DNA of 23,822 nt from Candidatus Caldarchaeales archaeon (GCA_032249095.1 JAVVGN010000024.1:1-23822), one strand, 5' to 3'. Counted from the stretch's first letter, positions 1 through 8,275 are shown. The notes: a model not told the origin generated them from the sequence alone. Program-made: numbers and translations.

Positions 1-391
1 GCCTTATTTGTTTCCTGCCCAGAACCTTTGCAAGACACCTAGCGAACTCCTCGACGAACTCCTTATCTTTAGCCTTAAGGCCTATCCAGACATCGTTGTA
101 GCCTTTGATGGTGCGTCTTCTTCTATAAGTGTATCCGTCACCGACCTTCACACCTATCACGTACGCCAACTCCTCAGAGGGGTTCAATAGTTCTAGCGAG
201 GGTATCCTTCTTCCGTTGTATGGGCTATGCACTCCACGTAGCCAGTAGCTTATGTGAGACTTGAAAAGTCTGACTCCGTATCTTCGATAGATCTCCTCGA
301 TAATCCCTTTATATGTCAGCCCGCCTCTCCGAAGGGCAACAGCATCATCATACAACTTTATTCGGAGTTCACGTGGCAGGCACCTACTCAA
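1..391 (-). CDS. HTH-LAGLIDADG homing-endonuclease-like protein, 5' part only (runs off the left window edge)
   Basis: Minus-strand frame is open from a TTG at 391 to position 1: (M)SRCLPRELRIKLYDDAVALRRGGLTYKGIIEEIYRRYGVRLFKSHISYWLRGVHSPYNGRRIPSLELLNPSEELAYVIGVKVGDGYTYRRRRTIKGYNDVWIGLKAKDKEFVEEFARCLAKVLGRK. This has an N-terminal HTH-like segment and LAGLIDADG motif 1 (YVIGVKVGDGY). It is a near-identical paralog of the 6956..7879 ORF and is missing from the ORF track. Confidence 0.7.
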   Translation of the reverse strand, partial: MSRCLPRELRIKLYDDAVALRRGGLTYKGIIEEIYRRYGVRLFKSHISYWLRGVHSPYNGRRIPSLELLNPSEELAYVIGVKVGDGYTYRRRRTIKGYNDVWIGLKAKDKEFVEEFARCLAKVLGRKQIR

Positions 392-843
392 CACTCATCC
401 GCCTTGACCTCGTATGGCCTCGCAACTATGTGGAACCTCTCCATCTGCACCCTCTCTAGGACTATCGAGTTGAGAGGTGGTAGATGGTAGATTCTCGGCG
501 GCGTTTCTCCCGCCGTGGCCTCGTATATTAGCCATCTCAGCGTCGCGACGGAGGGTATCATCCATGTCCTCAGCCCGCCATCCCACTCGTTCTGCACAAT
601 AATGATTCCGTCTGGGGTCGGAGTAATGTTCAGAAGTTGAATGATGCTTGCGAGCCCCGTCAGGACCACTACGGCTACGCCCGCCGCAAGCCCCACGACG
701 ATGAGTATCACGGAGACCACCGCGTAGTTGAAGATCTTCTGGTCGCCGAGAGCTGAGGCTATTCTCCTAACAGCGATGATCACCAGAACAACCCCCGCGA
801 TATAGAGGGCTAGGCCGGCGTAAGGGATGGGCAGCAGAATCAT
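388..843 (-). CDS. DUF996-like small membrane protein with a repeated C-terminal tail; the true start may lie upstream of 843
   Basis: IPYAGLALYIAGVVLVIIAVRRIASALGDQKIFNYAVVSVILIVVG resembles archaeal DUF996 membrane proteins. Upstream in-frame sequence reads LTDAKILGGSGSIL before the annotated Met. The tail (VQNEWDGGLRTWMIPS...IVARP) is repeated at 9951..10171. The stop overlaps the TTG start of the LAGLIDADG ORF by 4 nt. Confidence 0.5.
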   Translation of the reverse strand: MILLPIPYAGLALYIAGVVLVIIAVRRIASALGDQKIFNYAVVSVILIVVGLAAGVAVVVLTGLASIIQLLNITPTPDGIIIVQNEWDGGLRTWMIPSVATLRWLIYEATAGETPPRIYHLPPLNSIVLERVQMERFHIVARPYEVKADEC

Positions 844-942
844 AAGTATCGAGCCACTTCCCCCCAGTATCTTCGCGTCTGTTAGCTGGGCCGAAGCTAT
901 CTCCCAAAAACTTGGGCGCGTAATATTTATGACTTTGTCAAA

Positions 943-1314
943 TTGCTGGGTGCGTCAATACCTTATCCGGACGCTATCCGTTCAACCAAGGTTCATACAT
1001 ATTATCTGGCTGCCTCCTCAAGCTTTCTTGGGTTGCTGGGGGCTGCCGGAGGGGTCAGAGCGCTCATACAGGTCTTGGCGGAGAGCAGGAAGCTGGAGAG
1101 CGTCGGCGAGCAGCTAGCGAGGCTTCCCGAGACGCTCGATGTCTACGAGGTGACGGGAGAGTTCGACATAGTAGCATCGGTCCTAGTCCCTGACGTGGAG
1201 TCGCTGCGGAGGCTCGTCTCGGACAAGATACTGAGGATAGAGGGTGTGAGGGCCGCCGTCACAACCATAGTTCTCCACACCTATAAGATCAACGGTGAGG
1301 TGACGTGGGAGTAG
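943..1314 (+). CDS. Stand-alone Lrp/AsnC effector-domain (RAM) protein; real start probably downstream of 943
   Basis: LARLPETLDVYEVTGEFDIVASVLVPDVESLRRLVSDKILRIEGVRAAVTTIVLHTYK is a typical Lrp/AsnC ligand-binding (RAM) pattern. Confidence 0.75.
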   Translation: MLGASIPYPDAIRSTKVHTYYLAASSSFLGLLGAAGGVRALIQVLAESRKLESVGEQLARLPETLDVYEVTGEFDIVASVLVPDVESLRRLVSDKILRIEGVRAAVTTIVLHTYKINGEVTWE

Positions 1315-1335
1315 CTATAGCCACGCACCCAGGGG

Positions 1336-3231
1336 CTACTCCTCAGGCCCCACCTTCCGGATAAGTATCGCTTTGGCCGGGTGCCTCGAGAGGACTGACC
1401 GGAACCTCTCGTCGGCGAGGGACACCTTCTCTATCGCGCCCTTCAAAAACCGCTTCACGAGGAGGACTATGAAGTCAGAGTCGCCCCGGCTCGTCTCCAG
1501 CTCCACGAGCTGCTCGAGCTGCCCGACCCTCACCTCTACGCTCACGTCGTAGCCACTCGAGGCGAGACTCTCGGAGACCCTGTTGAGCGAGGCCTCAGCC
1601 TCCCTAGCGGCCCTCTCGTATTCCGGCTCAAGCTCGGGGTCTATGATGGAGAGCAGCTTGATCGAGAAGCGCCTGTCGAAGTAGTGCTTTAGGCTCTGCA
1701 CAACCGTCTCCGGATCCTCGTAGGGCCTCACCAGGACGGTTAGTCTCATCCTGTAGCCCGCCGGGATCACGGCCGCCCTCTCCTCCCTACTCACCACCGG
1801 CGCCCTCGCTACGAGCCTCTTGTAGAGGTAGTACCCCGCCAGCCCCGAGAGCATCCAAAGCACGCCCAAAACCCTCCCGTAGGGGTGGAGGAGCATGAAG
1901 AGCGTGAAGATCGTCCCGATCAGAATGAGACCCACCAGCGCCAGAACCGGGACCTCATACGGCTTACCCCGGAGCATGAGCCTGACGCTGGGCCTCATAC
2001 GCCACGGCCTGTAGACGTGTGGCTCGCTGTTCCTCAGCTTCAGGAGGGCCAGCAGGAGTATTATGTAGCTTAGGGAGGCCCCGAAGTTGTAGAGGCTTGC
2101 GAGGAGCGGTATGTTGCCCGGTAGGGTGAGTAGGAGCGCTACGAGGCCGAAGATGATTATGGTCCTAGTGGGGGTCCTGAACCTCGGATGTATCGAGTAG
2201 AGCCAGCCTGGTAGGAGGCCGAGCCTGCCCATGCTGGCGGCAAGGCGGGATATACCTATGAGTCCGGTGTTCGAGGAGGCCGTCGCCAGCACTATAGCCG
2301 TGAGAGCCACGAGGAGAGAGAGTTCGGCCCCGAGCACCGGGAAGCGGGAGACAAGGGCGGCGACCGGGTTCTCGATAGAGTCGGCGAGGACCTGCCACCC
2401 TGTCACGCCCAGCCCCAGCGCGCTAAACAGGAGGACGAAGGTGGGGACAGAGAAGGCACAGAGGACCGCCGCCCTAGGTATCCACCTGTAGGGCTTCCTG
2501 ACCTCCTCCGCGGCCTGTGCGATCGACTCGACACCGATGTACGAGGCCATGGCTATCGTGAGGGCGTAGAGAAAGTTGTTGGTCTCGACGCTTATACCCG
2601 GAATGTAACCCACCTCCCCCAAGACCTGAGTGTTCCCAAGCTCCCGGAGCTGGGAAAGGAATCGCGAGGGGTCGAAGGACGTGAGGAAACCCACCGCCAA
2701 GATGAGGGACTGGACGGCTATCCCGACGGCCACTATCCCCACTAGGAGCCCGGCGGAGTACTTTATCCCCACATAGTTCACGGCAATCAGGAGGAGGACT
2801 ATTGCCGCGGCTATGAGGGCGAGGCTGCTTATGCTCACGGGACCCAGGGAGAACTCGAGGCCCTCGAGCTCCGTGAAGACATACTTGAAGTATCCCGAGG
2901 CCGTCGTCGCGAAGAGGGCTGTGCAGAGTACGTAGTCGAGTATAATCGCCCAGCCCGCTATGAAGCTGGCTAGCGTGTTCCAGGCGCGTAGCGCGTACAC
3001 GTATACACCTCCGGCGTAGGGGTAGGTCGGGGCCAGCTCGGCGTAGGAGAGGCTCACGGCCAAATAGGCTATCGCTGTTATGAGGAATGCGAGGAAGACC
3101 CCTCCTCCAGCGTAGAGGGCAGTCACGCCCAGCGCGATAAAGATGTCGGCCCCGACGTCGCCGAAGCCCATCGAGAAGGCGCCGAACCATCCGACCTCCC
3201 TCTTAAGGCGCCTCCCCGAGTTCCCAGCCAT
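1336..3231 (-). CDS. APC-superfamily amino acid permease with C-terminal USP-like cytoplasmic extension
   Basis: 631 aa. N-terminus MGFGDVGADIFIALGVTALYAGGGVFLAFLITAIAYL, about 12 hydrophobic segments, SVSYAELAPTYPYAGGVYVYALR, and a C-terminal soluble region RLTVLVRPYEDPETVVQSLKHYFD... Confidence 0.85.
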   Translation of the reverse strand: MAGNSGRRLKREVGWFGAFSMGFGDVGADIFIALGVTALYAGGGVFLAFLITAIAYLAVSLSYAELAPTYPYAGGVYVYALRAWNTLASFIAGWAIILDYVLCTALFATTASGYFKYVFTELEGLEFSLGPVSISSLALIAAAIVLLLIAVNYVGIKYSAGLLVGIVAVGIAVQSLILAVGFLTSFDPSRFLSQLRELGNTQVLGEVGYIPGISVETNNFLYALTIAMASYIGVESIAQAAEEVRKPYRWIPRAAVLCAFSVPTFVLLFSALGLGVTGWQVLADSIENPVAALVSRFPVLGAELSLLVALTAIVLATASSNTGLIGISRLAASMGRLGLLPGWLYSIHPRFRTPTRTIIIFGLVALLLTLPGNIPLLASLYNFGASLSYIILLLALLKLRNSEPHVYRPWRMRPSVRLMLRGKPYEVPVLALVGLILIGTIFTLFMLLHPYGRVLGVLWMLSGLAGYYLYKRLVARAPVVSREERAAVIPAGYRMRLTVLVRPYEDPETVVQSLKHYFDRRFSIKLLSIIDPELEPEYERAAREAEASLNRVSESLASSGYDVSVEVRVGQLEQLVELETSRGDSDFIVLLVKRFLKGAIEKVSLADERFRSVLSRHPAKAILIRKVGPEE

Positions 3232-3289
3232 CCGACGGGGACTCCCACCTATCTATCATTTATACCTCATATATCTCGACTCCCCCGGC

Positions 3290-4771
3290 TCAGAAGGAGA
3301 TAAACCTCGTTGAGAGGGTGTTGAGGTTTATCAGGGCCGCGGTCCCGACGCTCGGCTCGAGCCCCAAACTCTCCTGTATCCTGGTCTGGTTCTGCCAAGA
3401 CCCGCTGTTCAGGAGTGTCACGCCCTTGTAGGACTTGTAGGCCGCCACGTGTGTGTGGCCCATGCAGAGGATGTCGGGCGGCTCGGCGATGGCTAGGTAG
3501 TCAGTCTTGAGGGGCATGATGGGTGTGGCGACACCCAGTATGGGCGCGAGATGCCTCGCCTTCAGGATAAACTCCATCAGGTCTCCAGACATCTCGTGGA
3601 GGGTCGAATAGCTATACCGGGTCCCAGCCTGTATCACGTCGTCCAGCGTCTGGCCGTGGAAGGCCAGGACTCTAAGCCCGCCAATCCTTAACCATGCGGG
3701 GTTACCGACGAAAAGAATCGGCCTCTGCTGGCTCAGCATCTTCCTGTAGCTCGTCTGGATAGGGGGCTGTGGTAGGGCCCTCCTACACGGCTCGTGGTTC
3801 CCGGGGACGTAGACCACCTTGACTCTGCCCGGTATAGAGGCGAGGGCCTTCGCAGCCGCGAGGTATTGCTCGCTGTAGGACTTGAGGGCTAGGTCCTGCG
3901 CCTGGCCCGGGTAGACGTATATCCCGTCCACCAAGTCGCCGTTTATTATCAGGATCCTAGTCTTCTCGGCCTCGCTCTCTCCGCTCCCCAACCAGTCGAG
4001 GAACGACCTGAAGCTTTCCTCGGCGTGCCTCACGCTCCCTATATGGATGTCGGATACTATGCAGATGTTGAGGTCCGGGCCTCTCCAAGCGCTACGCCTC
4101 GCCGCCAGGTCGGGAAGAATGACATCGCTCGCAACGAGTAGGCCCCTCCTCGAGTGAGCCCTGAAAACCACCACCATGTCCGGCAGAACATACTCGGCCT
4201 TCTCCGCCAACCCCCTATCGCGCAGCGGAACTAGGACGCTCCACGTCTCGACCGGGTCCTCCATCTCGACAATCATGTAGGAGTCTTTCCTCGAGACCCT
4301 CAGCACCATGCCCACGACATATCCCTCACCCTGCGAGCGAGACAGCTCCCTGGCCGGCTGGAGCTGTATTCCTCGCCGCTCGTAGATGGATCTCAAGACT
4401 TGGTACCTGACGAGAAGATATGTCCTCTGCTCCTCGGCCGTCCCCTCTATCTGGAGGCCCTCGTAGCTCGGGGACTCGGCGACAACGGCGGGGGCCTCCT
4501 CAACGACATCCTCCTCCACCCTCCTCTGGCTCTTCACATAGCTCTCGATCAACGCCCTATCGATTATCGAGCCCCTTACACCGCTCGCCTCGAGCCAAGA
4601 TAGTACCTCGTCGAGAAGCTCGAGGGGCCTGCCAGATCCTAAAATAATCTCGAGGGCCTCCGCAGATAACTGGTAGCCTCTCTCCAGAGCCCTCGCCGCA
4701 AGCCTCCTCGCAGCCTCACTCACTTTCCACCCTACCCTGCCAAGCCACGCTATCACTTTTTGGTCTAGCAC
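3290..4771 (-). CDS. DNA polymerase D small subunit (DP1), calcineurin-like phosphoesterase/exonuclease subunit
   Basis: Motifs VSDIHIGS, IINGDLVDGIYVYPGQAQDL, VPGNHEPCRRALPQPP, AFHGQTLDDVI, RHLAPILG, MGHTHVAAYKSYKGVTLLNSGSWQNQT. All five phosphoesterase motifs are present. Start is GTG. The gene sits directly after Orc1/Cdc6, as in many archaeal polD loci. Confidence 0.88.
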   Translation of the reverse strand: MLDQKVIAWLGRVGWKVSEAARRLAARALERGYQLSAEALEIILGSGRPLELLDEVLSWLEASGVRGSIIDRALIESYVKSQRRVEEDVVEEAPAVVAESPSYEGLQIEGTAEEQRTYLLVRYQVLRSIYERRGIQLQPARELSRSQGEGYVVGMVLRVSRKDSYMIVEMEDPVETWSVLVPLRDRGLAEKAEYVLPDMVVVFRAHSRRGLLVASDVILPDLAARRSAWRGPDLNICIVSDIHIGSVRHAEESFRSFLDWLGSGESEAEKTRILIINGDLVDGIYVYPGQAQDLALKSYSEQYLAAAKALASIPGRVKVVYVPGNHEPCRRALPQPPIQTSYRKMLSQQRPILFVGNPAWLRIGGLRVLAFHGQTLDDVIQAGTRYSYSTLHEMSGDLMEFILKARHLAPILGVATPIMPLKTDYLAIAEPPDILCMGHTHVAAYKSYKGVTLLNSGSWQNQTRIQESLGLEPSVGTAALINLNTLSTRFISF

Positions 4772-6026
4772 CCCTGTTTTGGTCTAGCAGGGGTGCAAGG
4801 AGCTCGTCCCTCTCTAAGGCGGCCCTAACCTCGTCAGCCGGAATCTTCAGCGAGATCCTCCTAGTCCTCCCATATCTCCCGAAGCTGACAACGCTGCTCG
4901 AGAGAACGCCGAGCATGTCTAGCTCGGAGATCAGTGTGCTGACCCTCCTGTCGGTGAGGGGCTCGAGGCCCAGCGCCGAGCAGAGGGAGCGATATACCTG
5001 GTAAATCATCCCAGAGGTTATCTTGGAGGGCGACTTCAGGGAGGCATGGTAGACCGCGAGTAGGATGACCCTCCCATGGAGGGGGAGCGTTGAGAGGGCC
5101 TCGAAGACCCTCCCCTGCTCTATGACGCCTAGAGCCATCCTCACATGGGCCTCCTCAACCACGGGGTCGTCGTTCCTCTCAGCGATCTCCGCCGCAACCC
5201 TCAGCAGGTCGATAGCCCGCCTAGCGTCGCCGTGCTCCGAGGCCGCGAGGGCGGCGCAGAGGCTGATGGTTGAGTGGGGGACGACCCCCTCGTGGAACGC
5301 AAGCCTCGCTCTCTCGCCGAGGATGTCGACTAGCTCTATCGCGGTGTAGGGGTGGAAGACGATCTCCTCCTCGCTTAGGCTGCTCAGAACCCGTGGGTCA
5401 AGCATCTCCTTGAACATGAGGTCGTTCGAGACCCCCACTATCGAGAGGCCGCCGGCCTGCGCCCCCTCGTTTATCCTCGTCAGCTCGTATAGCAGCGCGT
5501 CCCCAAACCCCCTGACTAGGACGTCGATCTCGTCGAGACAGACGATAAGGAGCTTCGTGCTCGACAGGAGGCCTTTCCTGAACCTGTTGAAGACCTCTCC
5601 CTTCGAGAGGCCTGTGAATGGGATGTGGACGCCGACAGACTCGCAGAGCTCGGAGAGGACGCGGTACTCCGTCCCCACCATCCTACAGTTAACGTAAACC
5701 ATCTTGAGGGGGATTCCGAGGCTAGCCGCCTCCTCCTCAAACCTCCTAAAGACGTGCTTCACCACGGCGGTCTTGCCGGTCCCCGTCTTACCGTAGACGA
5801 AGACGTTGCTGGGCCTGTAGAGCTTCAGCCCCGGCGAGAGTATCTCGCCCAGCCTCCTGATATGCTCCCAGCGGTGCGGCAGGTTCCCCGGGATATAGTC
5901 AGCCCTCATGACCTCTCTGTCCCTAAATATTTTCGAGCCTGTCGAGACCCTCGAGAGAAGGTCTTCGAGAGGGTCACCCCTCTGCTTCAACTGAAAACCG
6001 TCCACGACCACACGAGAAGCGTTCAT
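4716..6026 (-). CDS. cdc6: Orc1/Cdc6 family replication initiator (AAA+ ATPase)
   Basis: RPSNVFVYGKTGTGKTAVVKHVFRRF (Walker A), LLIVCLDEIDVLV (Walker B), GVSNDLMFKEMLDPRVLSSLSEEEIVFHPY (sensor 1 and ISM region), and a C-terminal winged helix (VYRSLCSALGLEPLTDRRVSTLISELDMLG). Confidence 0.92.
   Translation of the reverse strand: MNASRVVVDGFQLKQRGDPLEDLLSRVSTGSKIFRDREVMRADYIPGNLPHRWEHIRRLGEILSPGLKLYRPSNVFVYGKTGTGKTAVVKHVFRRFEEEAASLGIPLKMVYVNCRMVGTEYRVLSELCESVGVHIPFTGLSKGEVFNRFRKGLLSSTKLLIVCLDEIDVLVRGFGDALLYELTRINEGAQAGGLSIVGVSNDLMFKEMLDPRVLSSLSEEEIVFHPYTAIELVDILGERARLAFHEGVVPHSTISLCAALAASEHGDARRAIDLLRVAAEIAERNDDPVVEEAHVRMALGVIEQGRVFEALSTLPLHGRVILLAVYHASLKSPSKITSGMIYQVYRSLCSALGLEPLTDRRVSTLISELDMLGVLSSSVVSFGRYGRTRRISLKIPADEVRAALERDELLAPLLDQNRGARPKSDSVAWQGRVESE
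4758..4796. repeat. 19-bp tandem duplication generating a 9-bp perfect stem across the cdc6/DP1 overlap
   Basis: TTTTGGTCTAGCA occurs at 4758..4770 and 4777..4789. GCACCCCTG (4768..4776) pairs with CAGGGGTGC (4788..4796). The DP1 GTG start is at 4771. Confidence 0.7.
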
Positions 6027-6330
6027 CAGAGTTAAACACGCGACGCGAAGAAACTTTTAGCAATGCTAGAAGAATTTTAACATTTTTCCATTTTTCGCGT
6101 CTGTTTGTGTTGATTCCTGTTTTTCCACGAGAAGTCTTGGGGTGGGGGTGTAGTCTCGGCTCAGCCTTTCCAGCTAGGGGTGGATAGACTGGGCGCGCAG
6201 GTTTGGCCAGAGGGGCTTTTCCAGCCCATCCATCCCTGTTTTACGAGAATTAGGCTTCTTCACAGTTGAGCCGACATCTACAATCAACCCCTCCCTTTCC
6301 TGTGGAGCCTGTGGAAACTCGCTCCAAAAA
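6027..6330. promoter_or_regulatory. Candidate replication-origin/cdc6 promoter region (speculative)
   Basis: Divergent intergenic region beside orc1/cdc6. It has an AT-rich stretch, a 19-bp imperfect palindrome CTTTTAGCAATGCTAGAAG (6054..6072), an inverted 8-mer GACGCGAA/TTCGCGTC (6042..6049 / 6094..6101), and a CCTGTGGAAAC (6308..6318) similar to mini-ORB CCAGTGGAAAC. Confidence 0.3.
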
Positions 6331-6637
6331 TCCTTCACACACCGCTCTACCCCTGTAGAGCCGCGGTCGAGCCACCTCACAGGGACTGCCGTTTAATGAG
6401 TCATTTTACCAGATTTTGGCATCAATGAGATGCCCTCCGCGACGCCGCCGCATTACCCTAACCATCTAGACACCCTTATTTTGGACAGCTAAGCGTAGGC
6501 CTAGAAGATTCTCAGAGTATATTCTCGCCCCTTAACAGCTTCACTCGTCCCGCCTCTACACTTCACTCGCGCCGGCTAGGGGTTGTGAAAGAACCTTTCA
6601 GATAAGCTTTATATGCGTTGGGCTCCCGATACCTTCC

Positions 6638-6865
6638 GTGGTCCAGGCGTTTGTCCTAATAAGAGTTCGGGCCGGCGCCGCCTCTAGAGTTGCGGAGGAT
6701 CTTGGGAAGCTCGTTGGCTGCAAGATGGCCTGCCTCGTCACGGGGCGCTACGACATAATAGCGCTGCTTGAGGCCCCTGACTTGAAGAGCCTCGCCGAGA
6801 CCGTGGTCTCCAAGATACACATGATCGAGGGCGTAGAGAGGACTGAGACAGCGATAGTCGTATAG
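6638..6865 (+). CDS. Stand-alone Lrp/AsnC effector-domain (RAM) protein
   Basis: MVQAFVLIRVRAGAASRVAEDLGKLVGCKMACLVTGRYDIIALLEAPDLKSLAETVVSKIHMIEGVERTETAIVV. GTG start, with TATA-like CTTTATATG just upstream. Confidence 0.88.
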   Translation: MVQAFVLIRVRAGAASRVAEDLGKLVGCKMACLVTGRYDIIALLEAPDLKSLAETVVSKIHMIEGVERTETAIVV

Positions 6866-6898
6866 GTTTATCTCCACGCATCTTCGAGCCTTTTTTTG

Positions 6899-6974
6899 GG
6901 GGCCGTGGTCGAGCATGGTCTAAGATGCCCGGCTCGGGCCCGGGAGGTCGCCGGTTCAAATCCGGCCGGCCCCA
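6899..6974 (+). tRNA. tRNA-Pro (anticodon CGG)
   Basis: Full cloverleaf. Acceptor GGGGCCG/CGGCCCC plus discriminator A; D arm GTC...GAT; anticodon stem CCCGG/CCGGG with loop CTCGGGC (anticodon CGG); T arm GCCGG-TTCAAAT-CCGGC. CCA is not encoded. Confidence 0.93.
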
Positions 6975-7879
6975 ATATTAGTTATTATTTTGAGTATGTT
7001 GAGTGGGGAAAATGGTTGGGGGAGGGTGGGTGCACCGGTGTTTCTCTTGACGTAGTTTTCTAGCCGCGCCTGCTTCCTAGTCATGGCGAAGCCCACGTAT
7101 CTGTAGAAGTTTGTATTACTGCTGGCTCGAATATAGATCACATATGCATCCTTGTTATGCGTGTATTGCTTCCCCATCCTAGGATCATAGAATATAGTTC
7201 CTCGTCGGGCTTTGAGCATTGGCCCCGTTGACTCTATACCCAGTCTCCTAAGAAGATCATTGATATATGTGGGTAGTCTTAGGTCGGTGTTGTAGATAGT
7301 TATGTTTCCATTCTTGTCAACACTTCCTTCTGAGTCTGCGAAGCCCCTGATGAAAGCCGCAACGCACTTCTCGCAATGCTCAATATATTTCTTCAGTCTG
7401 TGGAGGTCTACCGGCTTTTTCAGAAGCTCGTAGAGCGTCTTCGACTCAACTTCAACGACATACCTTCCTGAAGATCTCCTGTACCTCGGCCTTATTTCTC
7501 TCCTGCCCAGAACCTTTGCAAGACACCTAGCGAACTCCTCGACGAACTCCCTATCTTTAGCCTCAAGGCCTATCATGACGTCGTTGTAGCCTTTGCGGAC
7601 GCGGCTTTTCTTCCCAACATATCCATCGCCAACCTTCACACCTATCACGTACGCCAACTCCTCAGAGGGGTTCAATAGTTCTAGCGAGGGTATCCTTCTT
7701 CCGTTGTATGGGCTATGTATCCCACGCAACCAGTAGCTTATGTGAGACTTGAAAAGTCTGACTCCGTATCTTCGCCAGACCTCCCCGATAATCCCTCTAT
7801 ACGTCAGCCCGCCTCTACGAAGGGCAACGACACCACCGTACAGCCTGATCCGAAGCTCTCGTGGTAGGTACCTCCTCGT
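6956..7879 (-). CDS. HTH-LAGLIDADG homing-endonuclease-like protein (track start TTG at 7729; homologous frame is open to 7879)
   Basis: LAGLIDADG-type motifs LAYVIGVKVGDGY and VAAFIRGFADSEGS. The open frame upstream of 7729 encodes LPRELRIRLYGGVVALRRGGLTYRGIIGEVWRRYGVRLFKSHISYWLRG, matching the 1..391 copy, but has no canonical start before TTG 7729. The C-terminus (NIGAGRI stop) is encoded by the antisense of the tRNA-Pro 3' end. Confidence 0.75.
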   Translation of the reverse strand, partial: TRRYLPRELRIRLYGGVVALRRGGLTYRGIIGEVWRRYGVRLFKSHISYWLRGIHSPYNGRRIPSLELLNPSEELAYVIGVKVGDGYVGKKSRVRKGYNDVMIGLEAKDREFVEEFARCLAKVLGRREIRPRYRRSSGRYVVEVESKTLYELLKKPVDLHRLKKYIEHCEKCVAAFIRGFADSEGSVDKNGNITIYNTDLRLPTYINDLLRRLGIESTGPMLKARRGTIFYDPRMGKQYTHNKDAYVIYIRASSNTNFYRYVGFAMTRKQARLENYVKRNTGAPTLPQPFSPLNILKIITNIGAGRI

Positions 7880-7942
7880 TCAGTGTCTTTATCTCGTATG
7901 TCCCCGCAACAATGTTGAAACTCTCCACCATCCCACTCCAAC

Positions 7943-8018
7943 CCACCGGCCCCGCATATAAAGAGTAGTGGCCCCAACAGCCGGGCCACCTCTAACCTAG
8001 ACTCACTATGCTCAAGAG
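7943..8018. repeat. Copy 1 of a promoter-like intergenic repeat (matches 9795..9871 inverted)
   Basis: CCCACCGGCCCCGCATATAAAGAGTAGTGGCCCCAA...CTCACTATGCTCAAG matches the reverse complement of CTTGAGCATAGTTAG...TTGGGGCCACTACTCCTTATATGTGGGGCCGGTGGG at 9795..9871. Confidence 0.75.
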
Positions 8019-8056
8019 AACTACTGCCAAGATAAATAAAGACCTCAAAGGGACTA

Positions 8057-8275
8057 ATACTGCCAAGAGAAATCTACCACACACCAACAAACATTAAGGG
8101 CTTAGAGAAGGAGATAGGCGTAATAAAGAAGGAGAAATCTAAACTAAGACACATGCTAGGCATAGAACAAGGAAACATCCCCATACAGCTAGACCTATGG
8201 GGAAACGAGGTAATATTCAGGGGAAAAGGACAGACAACACTGTACGGATACCCGAGGACAGATGTAGAATCATAA
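8057..8275 (+). pseudogene. Small AT-rich repeated ORF, copy 1 (no canonical start in frame)
   Basis: Frame reads ILPREIYHTPTNIKGLEKEIGVIKKEKSKLRHMLGIEQGNIPIQLDLWGNEVIFRGKGQTTLYGYPRTDVES*. The same protein-level core is found at 9632..9758(-) and 23644..23768(-). The nearest ATG (8008, after a TATA box) is in a different frame. Confidence 0.5.

Noticed and set aside
2474-3190. Long minus-strand ORF (238 aa, Arg-rich) inside the permease gene
   Set aside because: Shadow frame of the strongly supported APC permease, with low-complexity Arg/Gly/His composition typical of GC-rich alternative frames.
6174-6380. 68-aa minus ORF between cdc6 and the Lrp-like gene
   Set aside because: No recognisable domain and unconvincing composition; the region is more consistent with non-coding or regulatory DNA, though a remnant gene cannot be excluded.
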